DNA of 64,000 nt, from NCBI GenBank assembly GCA_950097015.1, contig CATNEN010000038.1, positions 26,040,001 through 26,104,000 on the forward strand, written 5' to 3'. Both the position numbers and the translations under genes were made by a program. This stretch comes from Macrostomum hystrix (lineage: Eukaryota > Animalia > Platyhelminthes). Below, in pieces: positions 40,001 through 52,432 of the stretch; within the stretch, counting starts at the first letter, position 1; each line of letters starts with the position of its first letter. The notes beneath the pieces are model-generated. The model saw nothing but the letters and a program-made list of their open reading frames with translations. It was not told where the DNA came from and did no database searches.

Positions 40001-43000
40001 AGGAGTCAGTGGAATTGGCAGAATTGCCTCTCTCTGGCTGCGGGTCCACTGTCACCAAATGATGTGCCACTATCCACAGCCCTCCTACAAAGATTATTAT
40101 ACTCGGTCGGAAGTTTCGAAACAAATCACTATAGCAATCATACTGTCATACTTTAATCACTGTAGTGCACACTGGGTATGTGTGATAAACCAACTTGAGA
40201 ACTGATTGAGAACTGATTGAGAACTGATACATACAGTTCAACCTAGAGTAGTATTCGGAAAAATATTACGAGCAATCTTACCTGAAGGTGAGAACAAACT
40301 CGCCGTCAACACAGTCGCCAGATTTCTTGCGAACCAGATAAGCCCCTGAGAATGGCACCTGGCGAAGAAGTTCTTCGGCAGATTTTTTCGTAATGTCGCC
40401 AAGATACCACCTGGAAATTGTTCAATAAAATGCCTCGACTATTTTTTTCATAAGCTACAACAAGTTTTTTAACTTGGATTCTACCCATGATTCTACCCAT
40501 TCTACCCATTCTACCCATTCCCATGAAAATGAGTTATGTAAGAAAAAATGATTAGTTATAGTTTACTTTTTACCAAAAATGCGTCGCCAGGACAATGGGT
40601 CCCTACACATATGATTGCAGTTCCCAAATACATGATTGCAACTCCCAAATACATGATTGCAGCTCCCAAATACATGATTACAGCTACCAAATACGCTCGT
40701 ACATGATTGCAGCTACCAAATACATGATTACAGCTACCAAATACATGATTGCAGCTACCCAATACATGATTGCAACTCCCAAATACATGATTACAGCTCC
40801 CAAATACATGATTGCAGCTCCCAAATACATGATTGCAGCTACCCAATACATGATTGCAACTCCCAAATACATGATTACAGCTCCCAAATACATGATTGCA
40901 GCTCCCAAATACATGATTACAGCTCCCAAATACATGATTGCAGCTCCCAAATACATGATTGCAGCTACCAAATACATGATTGCAGCTCCCAAATACATGA
41001 TTGCAGCTCCCAAATACATGATTGCAGCTCCCAAATACATGATTGCAGCTCCCAAATACATGATTGCAGCTCCCAAATACATGATTGCAGCTCCCAAATA
41101 CATGATTGCAGCTCCCAAATACATGATTGCAGCTACCAAATACATGATTGCAGCTACCAAATACATGATTGCAGCTACCAAATACATGATTGCAACTCCC
41201 AAATACATGATTGCAGCTACCAAATACATGATTGCAGCTACCAAATACATGATTGCAGCTACCAAATACATGTTTGCAGCTCCCAAATACATGATTGCAG
41301 CTACCAAATACATGATTGCAGCTACCAAATACATGATTGCAGCTACCAAATACATGATTGCAGCTCCCAAATACATGATTGCAACTCCCAAATACATGAT
41401 TGCAGCTACCAAATACATGATTGCAGCTACCAAATACATGATTGCAGCTACCAAATACATGATTGCAGCTACCAAATACATGATTGCAGCTACCAAATAC
41501 ATGATTGCAGCTACCAAATACATGATTGCAGCTACCAAATACATGATTGTAGCTCCCAAATACATGATTGCAACTCCCAAATACATGATATCAGCTCCCA
41601 AATACATGATTGCAGCTACCAAATACATGATTGCAGCTACCAAATACATGATTGCAGCTACCAAATACATGATTGCAGCTCCCAAATACATGATTGCAAC
41701 TCCCAAATACATGTTTGCAGCTCCCAAATACATGATTGCAGCTACCAAATACATGATTGCAGCTACCAAATACATGATTGCAGCTACCAAATACATGATT
41801 GCAGCTACCAAATACATGATTGCAGCTACCAAATACATGATTGCAGCTCCCAAATACATGTTTGCAGCTACCAAATACATGATTGCAGCTCCCAAATACA
41901 TGATTGCAGCTACCAAAAGCCACGATTGCGGCTTCTAAATCATTGCCTACAGCTCCAAAAGCCACGATTGCGGCTTCTAAATCATTGCCTACAGCTCCAA
42001 AAGCCACGATTGCGGCTTCTAAATCATTGCCTACAGCTCCAAAAGCCACGATTGCGGCTTCTAAATCATTGCCTACAGCTCCAAAAGCCACGATTGCGGC
42101 TTCTAAATCATTGCCTACAGCTCCAAAAGCCACGATTGCGGCTTCTAAATCATTGCCTACAGCTCCAAAAGTTATGATTGCAGCTCGAAAAGCAATAAAA
42201 TCCATGATTCCTATCCATCACATTTGAGTCGCTAAAAGTACATTGGCTTTAGCTTTAAAATATCAATCTAGCTCCTAATAGGAAAAAAGAACTTTTTCGA
42301 AATTCAAAAATTTAACTTTTACAACAGGCAAATTTTGATTGACAGAATTTTTATCTCCTCCCAGGTTTAATTTTCTCTTTTCACTCATGTCAAATCTGGT
42401 TGATATCGTTTTTCAACAATGACATTGTGAGGCGTCACAATGTCACGGATTGTTTCTCCACAAATTCTCTAAAATAGCTCTGTTTTGCTCCCTACTGCTA
42501 GCAGCACTCTAATAAAAAAGACAATGCTCACGGGAATGTTCCCAAATCCTGCGGCACGGGCTTAGTTAGGAAATACCTGCGCCCATCAATGCCGTTCGCT
42601 CGGAAATAATCCACCAGGTCAGTCATTCTGGCAAACGTTGGCACCTCATTGGAACCGTCTGGCGAACGCACATTTGGAATGCTGAACAACCAGCGAGAAG
42701 CATTGTTGGGATCCGGTGTCTTATTGATCTGGCAGTGGTGGATTACACCGTGGTTCCTGGAGGTTTGAATTCATTGAACATATTTTAGTTATATATACGT
42801 TGCTTGTAAACAGCGTTTAACCATGTCGAAACAACTAGTGGTTGGGTTAAGAGCGTGGATTTAGTGGGTCGCACCAAGGTCCCTGAGCTCGATTCCACGA
42901 CGAAGCCGCATTCATTTGATGCGCAGCCACGGAGAGATGGCTTGTCGTGCAATTTACGCCCCTTGAGGGCCAACCTCCAATACACAGTGAAAGTGTACAC

Positions 43001-46000
43001 TGCCTGACGATGAAAACTTCAGGGCGGATGTACACACCAGTGTGTACATCCGTGCGCCCGGCTTCACAAATAAGAAAAAAACAAAGCATCAAAAACTTGG
43101 CTTTGTCTTGGCTTTGGTACGTACTTTTTTTAACCCCGACATACTCGAGTCATGATACAACTGCGTGCTCTGTTACAAATTTAATCAAAACTAGCTAGAA
43201 TTTCTTTCAGAAGAAATAGCTTGCGGAAATTAAAAATAACTATGTGTTTGTGAGCAGGCGTATTTTGCTCTAATCGAATGTCGCAAATGGTGTTGGTTGA
43301 GCATGAAATAGGGTATAATTTCGTGCAGTTAATCTAACTGGTCCACTCTCAAACCGTCAAATTGATTTGTTTAGTTTGTTTTTAGTTTAGCAGCCAAAAA
43401 TGAGAGAGAAAAATGATTAACTTAGGATATTAGTAAATCCTAAAGCTCGTGAAAATTTGGAATTTGAAATAGAATATTTGCATCAAATAGATTTGGTAAA
43501 ATAAATCAAGAAGTTTGGGCTTGGGGAGCTAAAAAGGGCTTTATTACTCGTACATCTGGCAATAAAGAAATCAGATAAAGATTAAAAAAGCTAATACTGG
43601 TACCCATTTTACAGCTGGCTGAAGTCAAGCAATGCAAAGTAGAGTGTCTCGTTTAAGGACACAGTTTTTTTCCAATGAAGTCTGAAATCGAACTCCTGAC
43701 CTCAAGTTGTGAGTCTAGCACTCAAACCACTAGACGAAAGCCCTTAACAGTAGACCACGCTATTTCCCCCTGGGGAAGACCATGGGCTATTTAAAATACC
43801 CTCTGCCTACTTCACGACAGCTCCCAAACCGAATGATAGGTTTTCGTGAAATTCGACCATATTATATCCTAACTTTCCGTCCTGAACGGTAAACTAGTTT
43901 TCAAAGCCGTCCCAGTCAACATCGTCGAGATGGTCAGCACAGACCCAGGTAACTAGGTAGCGCGTATTTAGCGGAAAAATACGGGCTATAACCAAAAGCG
44001 TGGGTGCATTCAACGCGAGCTTCGGCGCCATCAACGGGAGCTTGGGCGCTACCAACGGGAGCTTGGGCGCCGTCAACGGGAGCTAGGACGCTACCAACAG
44101 GAGCTTGGGCGCTACCAACAAGAGCTTGGACGCCATCAAATGGGGCTTGGGCGCCATCAAATGGGGCTTGGGCGCCATCAAATGGGGCTTGGGCACTACC
44201 AACGGGAGCTTGGGCGCCATCAAATGGGGCTTGGGCGCTACCAACGGTAGCTTGGGCGCCATCAAATGCGGCTTGGGCGCTACCAACAGGAGCTTGGGCG
44301 CCATCAAATGGGGCTTGGGCGCTACCAACGGGAGCTTGGGCGCCATCAAATGGGGCTTGGGCGCCAACATTTCTCTGTATAAACTTCTATGGCGAATCCA
44401 TATTGGTTTAAAAATGACAAAATTGACAATTTAATCAATCCAAAATAGTTCATAGCCGACAAGATAAGATTATGAATTTTTTGAGCAGAAAATTTGTGCC
44501 TATATTTGTGTTTTTTTGACCAAAGACCCCGACAATAATCTTTGAATATCTCAACGATGTCGATGTTTTGCGATTCTGGACGTTCGTTTATCGAAAGAAT
44601 TTGAAATGTCCCCGTGATCTTTCTACTGTTAAGGAGTTGATCTTAGATGACCCTATTACTTTAAGTAGGCACAAAAGCTCACATGAATGAGAGAGCAAAG
44701 TTTCCGGGATTCGTAGGCGAAGGTCGCACCAAGAAGCGGCCCTCCGAGTCTCCATAGCATTGTCGCCTGATGCGGCACTCGGCTTCTGTTCTACTGAGGT
44801 TGGGATGAAACCAAATCAATGTCGGCAACGATGTCAGATCGTCCTCAGGAGCTCTAGCTAGACTCGTTGGTGAAAGCGACACTGCAGAATCGTCGCTTAT
44901 AAAAAGAATAGTGTTTTCGGTGAGTACTGCAACGTACGGCTCCCAGATGTTGCTGACAGGGTTCTGAACCTGAACTTGGCCAGTGTGGATCGGCGGTGCA
45001 TCTGCCATCGCGGCGCCAGCTGTTGAACTGCTGGCTGCTGATGTGGCCGCTGCTACGGCTGCTATGACAGCCGGATTATTCGGTGTGCTGATGTCCAGGC
45101 GACTTTTGAGCTTAGAGTGTTTTATAAGAACACGGAAGCGTAGTTGCGACGGGCTCGGAAGCTCCTGGTGGTGGACACCCTGGGCAGGTGTCAGGGGAGC
45201 TGTGAGCAGACTCTGGCCGAAAATAGAGATAAGCAGATCAGCTGTTCTGTCCTGCTGCTGTAAGTTGCAGTGATCCTCCAGCGAAAGTATTAGCGGGTAG
45301 TCTGAGCAGGCAAAGGCGTGCTCTCGAATAGCTAGTAGCACCGGCTCGAGGTCGATCTTAGTGGTCAGCGTATGGCCGTGATAAATTACCGGGGTGTCCT
45401 TTGGGCCATCCCATAAGTCCACTGTTGATATGAAAGTTGCAAATTTTTTAAAAAGTATTTTAGCTTCATTTGTTTATCTAGAAATTCAACGGTTCTGGCT
45501 AAAGGTTAGATCTATTCCAAAAGAGCTAGTTCATCTATTTCATACATCCCTATACACTAGTTTGCACTGCGCCTTGCCTGGCCCTCAAAATGTATCAGCA
45601 CGTCACCCGAATGTGTCTGCGTTTTATCTCTGAATTCCGCGGTCACCAACGTTTATCTAGACGGAGCTGCTGATTCCTATTTCAAAAGACGCGCAACAAA
45701 AAGTTGACCCGTGTTATTGAGTTTCGTGTCCCTGCATTCGAGAGCAGCAAAAGCAATTGTCAGGGGGAATTTCCCCTTGGTACAAAAAAGGGCGGCGAAA
45801 TGACTTGGTAGTTTTACTGTTAACCCTACCTCAAACCCTTATTTAACATAGCATGATTTGAAAACGAAAGCAGTTGACAAATAAATAAATGAACGACTAT
45901 CAAAGCTGGTTGAAAAGTTTTTTTATTCAACTTACACTCAACACATCGACAGCCCTGACGCAGTGCGCTGACATAGCACTGTACACTCGACTCCGATCGC

Positions 46001-49000
46001 AGCTGATCTCCACTCAAATAGGTGTTGTGCGAAGTTGATATGTAGTAGGCAGACAATGGCTTGTCCATGTTGTGATATACATGGGTTGTCTTCGTCTCAT
46101 CCGTGATGCTGTTGGACTTGCAGAAAAGCATGTCTAAGAACTGTTCAAAATGTAAAAACGAATTTTTCTAGCTAGTAAGCATCGTAAAAACGTTTTACGT
46201 GTAACAGTAGCTCGTATTTTAATTACCGATGAGAACACCATTGATCCGTCAGTGTCTACAGGAATTCCGCTTGACTCCTGCAGTTTGACCACAGAATCTG
46301 GCAACTCCTATAAACATTGTTAGGGAATATGTTATCAATAAGCCCTACCAATTCCCGTTAAAAGCATCCACTTACGCCTTGACATGTCCACAGAAACTTT
46401 TCAAGGTCGCTGGCGGTCACCTTGGATGTGAAATGCTTTACTCTAAAATATCACAGTTTGTTTGTAATCAATCTCTTTCAGCTTTGAAATTTCCAACAGT
46501 AATTACTGGGCCAAACCTTGGGAAGTGCACCATGAAGTGGTCATCCAAAGCTTTCTAAAATGTTTCAGAAAACTAAAGATTTTGGTTTCTCAAATTGAAT
46601 GCAGCTGCACTCGAAAAATACCATGGATTATAAAATATGGCAGTTGGAAAGGAACACGGATTTCACATTTTTTAAATGAACACAGTTTTTCATAACCAGA
46701 AAAGCTATACTAAGACATCGATTTTTTATTAGTCAATATATCAATAGATCACGCTGCAGACAGGTAGAATCAATAATTAAGCGACAAATAAACTTTGAAA
46801 TAGCTCTTGAAAATTTCATTACTACGCATACCCGAAAGTTTTCAAAGCTGTCTTCCTGCAAGAGAGTGCGGTTCCGTGTTTTGATAGAAGAATTTTAAGT
46901 TCACTTGTATATAAAAATAGTTTACATTTGATGGGTCACAGTATGTGATAAATAGAATTAGTCACATAGGCAGAGATGTACACACAGACACGCACACCTG
47001 TGCGTGCGTGTGCTGAGGCGTGACAGTGGCGTAGACTAGAACGTTTCTTTAAGGGAGGCGGCACTACCAGGGACACCGAGTGTGAATACCACTGTCAACC
47101 TAATTTTCGATAGATCACACTTGAGCGATTCAATGGGCCATAATTTCTTCATGTCTTTAGGTGCCATTAGCGGAAAAATACGGGCTATAACCAAGAGCGT
47201 GGGTTCAACGGGAGCTTCGGCGCCATCAACGGGAGCTTGGGCGCTACCAGCGGGAGCTTGGGCGCTACCAACGGGAGCTTGGGCGCCATCAACGGGAGCT
47301 TGGACGCTACCAACGGGGGCTTGGGCGCCATCAACGGGAGCTAGGACGCTACCAACGGGAGCTAGGACGCTACCAACGGGAGCTAGGACGCTACCAACGG
47401 GAGCTTGGGCGCCATCAACGGGAGCTAGGACGCTTTTAACGGGAGCTAGGACGCTACCAACGGGAGCTAGGACACTACCAACGAGATCGAGCTTGGGCGC
47501 CATCAACAGAAGCTTTGGCGTCATCAACGGGAGCTTGGGCGCCATAAACAGCGCCATACGCCAGACCAGAAAGGGGCAAAGCGCTCAAGTCCTCCGTCAA
47601 CTTAGTAGCGGCCTGATCCCTCTGATAATGGAGACAGGCATGTCTCATCAAAAAAATTATTATTTGATGATGATTATCATGATACAATTGTCAATGACCA
47701 ACCTGCGACGACCACAGACAGAGCTGCAGCAGTCTGGAGAACAGCTCGAAGCTGCCTATAGAGTTCCGGTAGTTTGGCAGGTAGTCATCGAGCAGTTTCG
47801 ACAAACGGGTTGGCTTGAAAACGGCGTTCATGTTGCCAGCAAGCCAATCGCGCATCTCCTTATTGGAGATGAACAAATTCCAGGCCGGATCCAACTCTTC
47901 GGGTTGTAGAGTAGCCTCTGAGTAGAACTGGCTGCAAGGTTGATGATACGTACCTATGAGTACGAATTTTAAATACGGCTAATTGCTCCAATTGCTCTCT
48001 TGGATTTAAAATAGCTGGTGAAAAATTTGCAACGATAAATATTTCCTGAATTAGTAGCTATGATACTATTTAATTTAATCATAACATTAGCTGGAGGGCT
48101 GCCGTCACTGGGACACTCCTTTTTGACAGTAGACACCCGGCATCGAGGAAGGAAATTCTGTCTATTCGACGCGTTAAAGGCACAAGCGTTATACTGTACT
48201 GCCACGATCGGCCCTAAATAAGTAGCTTGAAAAGTAACCAGAATGGTAGCTGTTAGTAGTTTGAATCATTTCTAGATCTGAGTTCGAAGACTGACTCACA
48301 AAATGGAAATAGTTGCAAAAACAAAGCGATCACCTAGATCTGTTCAATGAAACCAAGCGAAACCAAAAGCAAGAGTATATGTATTAAAAAGTCATAATTC
48401 TCAAACCTGTAGGTGTTTCCAACACTGGCCAGTCGGTAGAACTCTCTCCAGAGAAACCTGCGACACATGACCACGGGGTTGGCGATAGATTTCAATTTCA
48501 AACTGTTATCGAAATGTGGATATATTTCAAATACCCACATTTTTCTTTTTTAAGTATCTCCTAAAATATTCAACCAATCGCTATCAAAATCCAGACATCC
48601 AGCTAAAACTTTCCGCTCTATCCGATGATATAAACTCCAGCATCCCAAAACATTTGCATATCTCGACGATGCTGACTCGGACGGCTTTGAAAATTATTTC
48701 ATCGTAAAGAGCGAAAAATGCTTATTCATATGGTGGAATTTCACGAAAATCTGTCATTCTGCTTGCGAGCTATCGTGAAGAGGGCAGTTGGCATTTTGAA
48801 ATACCCGCGTGGTTATTCACCAGGGGAAAATACCTTTGTATTTCTACAGTTAAATAAATGAAGGCATTCAACTCACATGTCGATTAGACTCTCGTTGGAC
48901 AGGTTTTTAATAGTTTTCGTGTACGAAATCAGGCCATGCTGCCAATGGTCCATATTGTCCGAGTCTGAAGGTGGCGTGATGAAGTTAATTTAGCGCAAAG

Positions 49001-49589
49001 CCGCAAGGAGAAGATTTTTTGGGATAATCGTGTAAACAACGCCTTATAAGGTCAACCCCGCAAGGCACAGCGAGAGGTTACACTGCGCCCAACGATGAGA
49101 AAGTGTGTGCATGTGTACCACTCGATGTCCGTGTGTGATTTCAGGGGTCATTAGAATTGCTGTCGCCAAATATTCTGCGTGAATACGTTTATTAAGGATA
49201 TCAAAATTATTCAACATACGTAGCAGCAGAAGCCAGTTGGGCACGAACCCGGCACCCTTGTACCGGATGAGCAGACGATGAGGATACAGCGACAAAGAAT
49301 TCAACTCGCTGATCAAATCGGTCATGTCAATCGGCAGAGTGTCGTACGGCAGCAGGATGATGTTCCGCACAGTCAATAGGTCCAGCAGAGTCTCTCCTCG
49401 TTCATCCGGTTGCAGAGTCTTCTTGGCTACTAACTCGCCTGTCGCAGCTCGCAGGCCTATATAGCGACTGTCGATGCGACTCCGGCATCGGCTGCTAACG
49501 TAACAAACTAGACAGCCGCTCTGCAACTCCCGGGCGATGGACGGTGAGAATTGGGCCAACTCGTTATACTCTGGCTCCAGTGGCTGCAT
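37002..49589 (-). CDS. PLCG: Phospholipase C-gamma (PH-EF-X-PH-SH2-SH2-SH3-PH-Y-C2)
   Basis: Exons 49589-49220, 48964-48877, 48457-48407, [junction unresolved], 47953-47703, 46554-46517, 46442-46376, 46307-46227, 46140-45936, 45421-44683, 42756-42532, 40410-40282, 39502-39322, 38942-38859, 38606-37938, 37577-37002. X box [31 protein letters not shown]; SH2 FLVR and YLVR; SH3 ELSF..WLMG..GLVP; Y box [24 protein letters not shown]; C2 NGLNP, GYRSV. Confidence 0.95.
38998..39215. mobile_element. MITE family T fragment
   Basis: Starts TTAA-CAGTAGA and contains CAGCGGAAAAT, as in other family T copies. Confidence 0.5.
39645..39931 (-). mobile_element. SINE family A copy
   Basis: Head GGGGTTCAGTGCAGCAGGGCTGTTAACGTGTTTGCCTCTCGC, central hairpin and ATT tail. 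Confidence 0.85.
39933..40100 (+). mobile_element. SINE family A 3' half, head-to-head with the previous copy
   Basis: AAAGTCAGGGCCGATGTACAC...CTGGCTGCGGGTCCACTGTCACCAAATGATGTGCCAC...ATTATTAT. Confidence 0.8.
40608..41915. repeat. 21-bp tandem repeat (AAATACATGATTGCAGCTMCC)n in PLC-gamma intron
   Basis: Directly visible; produces the spurious KYMIAAT ORFs. Confidence 0.97.
41915..42190. repeat. 39-bp tandem repeat derived from the adjacent 21-bp unit
   Basis: (AAAAGCCACGATTGCGGCTTCTAAATCATTGCCTACAGCTCC)-type units. Confidence 0.9.
42840..43060 (+). mobile_element. SINE family A copy (3'-truncated)
   Basis: CGCACCAAGGTCCCTGAGCTCGATTCC...GCTTGTCGTGCAATTTACGCCCCTTGAGGGCCAACCTCCAA...GTGTACACTGCCTGACGATGAA. 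Confidence 0.8.
43595..43743 (-). mobile_element. SINE family B (tRNA head + CORE-like domain)
   Basis: Minus strand reads TCTAGTGG..GAGTTCGATTTC..TGTGTCCTTAAACGAGACACTCTACTTTGCATTGCTT..CAGCTGTAAAATGGGTACC. Confidence 0.75.
43748..44628 (+). mobile_element. TTAA-flanked MITE (family T) with CAGTAGA/TCTACTG terminal inverted repeats and an internal 21-bp minisatellite
   Basis: TTAA at 43744-43747 and 44629-44632; TIR; minisatellite at 44010-44370. Confidence 0.8.
47207..47545. repeat. 21-bp minisatellite (CAACGGGAGCTTGGGCGCYAY)n, same unit as 44010-44370
   Basis: Preceded by the same flank TTAGCGGAAAAATACGGGCTATAACCAA as at 43968. Confidence 0.9.
48515..48849 (-). mobile_element. MITE family T copy
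   Basis: Reverse-complement matches to the family ends (CCAGGGGAAAATA..TTTCTACAG-TTAA; AATTTCACGAAAA; TTTCAAATACCCACATTT). Confidence 0.6.
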
Positions 49590-50818
49590 TGGTTGTACTG
49601 TTGTCTCAGTTATTAGCTAGACTAGGCATTTATTAGCTCCATTGTTAACTATGTGCTGAAGAAGTGATATGTGAGTCAATAAATTAGGAAATTGTTTGGC
49701 AGGCAGCCAAATTAAAATTGGTTTCGAATCTGGTAAAATGTCTAAAAGCAAAGTGACCAAAGTAAGAGCGAAGGAAAAGTTCTTATCAGCAAAGCCGGCT
49801 TCAGTGAGACAGAAGGAGAGGAAAAGAAAGTGTACAGGCAAAGCAGCGATGCTAGAGGCCAAACAGATAACGATCCACTGGGCTGATCGCTTTAAAAGGC
49901 TTGCTAGCGCTCCGACACTGATTGTTCACCTCTCTATGATTTTACTAGTGTACATGGCTCGCTTACTTGTTGAATTGCCTTTAAGACAGGTGGAGAGAGG
50001 GGTTGAACGGGGCTGTGCATTGTGCACTTGCTATACAGCCGTTGCTGATGATTATAGACTGCTTGTTTCACTCATGCGCTGATGATAGTTCGTTGGCTCT
50101 GTAAACATCCTGTACTAGGCAGCCAGAAATCATATTTCGACTCGGGACTATATTTTAAACTCGCATTTGGTCCTAGTTTATTTTACTTACACCGAGCGAC
50201 AGTAAATTTGATCATGCCGATTGTACCAGCTTTGAAATGTTAGTTTGGACCCATCAGAAATTATGTGTTCGCTATTAAGAGTTTTTTTTCAACATTTAGT
50301 GATGATATTTTTGTTTATAGAAGTTCTATAAATATATATTTAGCCCGTGCTTAGAAAGCATTAGTGAGCGAATATGAAGAACTTTTTTGAAAAGCATCGC
50401 CTAATAGTTTTTATTTTAATTTAATGGGTCTTAAAGGACGGGCTAAGAAATTTGCTTGCTGCTTATGGATACATTTTTTGGTAGATTTTTCTTAAAAGAC
50501 ACATTCACTGAAGGCTGCATTTACTTGAATTAAGCTTGCGCATAATTAATATATTTGAAAAATGACTCGAGCACTATTCTTTAGAAATTCATCATTGAGT
50601 GCAGTATCTAAAATACAATACTAGTAGTTGGTTTTGTAGTATTATATACTCGTACGATATACTATGAAGTTTACTTGACTCAAAAAGCTTATATTGTACA
50701 TTGGCTACTAGCTTATTATTTTTATTTCCACTTTTACACCATGATACAATACACTGCAGCTCTCAATTGTTTCAAGGATAGTTTAATTTTAAGCTCAGGT
50801 CCGACTCCCTCTGCTGCT

Positions 50819-51403
50819 CTAGAATAATTCAGCCTCCATCAACATGGACTCGTCGGCCTCATCCTCAGCATCCTGGCTGGCCGGACGACGACGTCCCCTT
50901 CCACCGGCTTCGCTAGGGCGCTCCTTCTTCTTCTTGTCCTTCTTCTTCGATTCCTTCTCCTTCTTTGCAGACCAAAGCGAACGCCTGGCGTCCTTGCTGT
51001 AAGCGTACTGCGTCTTGGCTCGCGTGGGGGCGCCGCTGTCAGAGAATGTCACCTCCAGCTGGTCCTTGAACTTCAGCATGCGAGCCTCGACATCGCGAGT
51101 AATTAACAGCACGTCGTTCTTTACCAGCATGGTGATGTTGTCGGCTGACCTGTTGAAGAACTGGGCCAGGCTTGACTTCAGTTCAGCTAGGCTGCTGTTG
51201 GCACTCACATTGAAGGTGCGGAAGTAAGGATGCGGCTCGTCCACCTTGCGCACAAGCAGATAGGTGCGGTTGTAGCGCGTTGTGTTCAGCCTACCAGTGC
51301 TGCCGTTGTTGATGCGCTGTCTTCGGCTGCGCCAGGCGTCAGTGCAGCCGATCAGGCAGATCGCGGCCACCAGAAGAATCAGAAAAGTCGCGAAGGACTT
51401 CAT
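50819..51403 (-). CDS. Single-exon 194-aa secretory protein: signal peptide + probable ubiquitin-like (beta-grasp) domain + basic and acidic tail
   Basis: MKSFATFLILLVAAICLIGCTDA signal peptide; GC-rich coding island in AT-rich flanks; Ubl-like pattern YLLVRK..RTFNVSANSSLAELKSSLAQFFNRSADNITMLVKNDVL..LKFKDQLEVTF. Confidence 0.8.
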   Translation of the reverse strand: MKSFATFLILLVAAICLIGCTDAWRSRRQRINNGSTGRLNTTRYNRTYLLVRKVDEPHPYFRTFNVSANSSLAELKSSLAQFFNRSADNITMLVKNDVLLITRDVEARMLKFKDQLEVTFSDSGAPTRAKTQYAYSKDARRSLWSAKKEKESKKKDKKKKERPSEAGGRGRRRPASQDAEDEADESMLMEAELF

Positions 51404-52432
51404 TGCTGCTTTGTTATCAAAGAATTTTTTTCGACTTGGAAACTTGTTTTTAAGATTCGTTGGTCTTCGACTTCAGCTCATTAAATAATGAATTTATGCT
51501 GTTCTTTTTCCGCTGAGCTGATAACCCCAGTGCGGGAGATAAGGGATTTGCCGTTTTGTGTGAGTTCTCACTTTATTATTTGATGTCTTGGAAATCAGTG
51601 CTGCATTATCTCAAGCGTTCATGCTGTGCTTTGCAGTTGTTTAACGAGTGCCTTAGTCAGCTTGTTTCTTCAAATAAGCCTAGAGTGACCCAAGGCTCAG
51701 GTTAAATAGATAATAAATGAGCTTGCTTGCTTTCAATGCCCATGCCAGTACGTTGATATCTGGCCTTCTAAAAGGTGGAAATTTGTTACTCCTTTTAGAA
51801 TCGACAACGTTTCAAGTTGCGATTCAAAACAGCAGGAATTACATAAAAGGAAAATTAAAGGCATGACACTATTAGATCATGAAATAAAATTTTGATAGCA
51901 CATGCCTCTTATCATGTGACGTTTTTTACTGATCATGTCAAATCTCTAGACTTGCGTTGCAGTAACTTGTGTTATTTACATATAGACAAGAAAAATGTTC
52001 ATACGATCGCACATTTTGTTAGGGATACCAACATTTTACTGCTCCGCTTTGACTGCCCCACACCCAGAGATAATTATAACAAAAATCTAATCATCAAATG
52101 GTCTTGATCAAATTAACAAGTTTTCACTTGGGTACTCGAATGACACTCAAATAAATAACCGGATAATAGATCTCTCAATTTGTGCTGAATAAATCAATAA
52201 ATAGCTACGAGCCCGTAGCTCGTAGAATGTTTTGCCATCAAAGGACTATTTTTTATGCAATCAACTAATTGAAGGGGCCATTATTGTCGTCGCTAATCAT
52301 ATTATCCCTGACTTGTAATAAATTATTAGACCAACTCCAAACACATTAGCTCTCATCCAGCTTTCCGATTTTGTATAAAATCTGCTTTGTTGAAGAACTG
52401 ATGTCATCGAATTGCAGATCAAAGGAGGTGAA

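Noticed and set aside
40595-42227. Repetitive ORFs KYMIAAT / AAIMYL on both strands (likewise 2629-3133, 7277-8137, 44004-44434, 47036-47909)
   Set aside because: Minisatellites with in-frame units; most are intronic and none has a unique domain.
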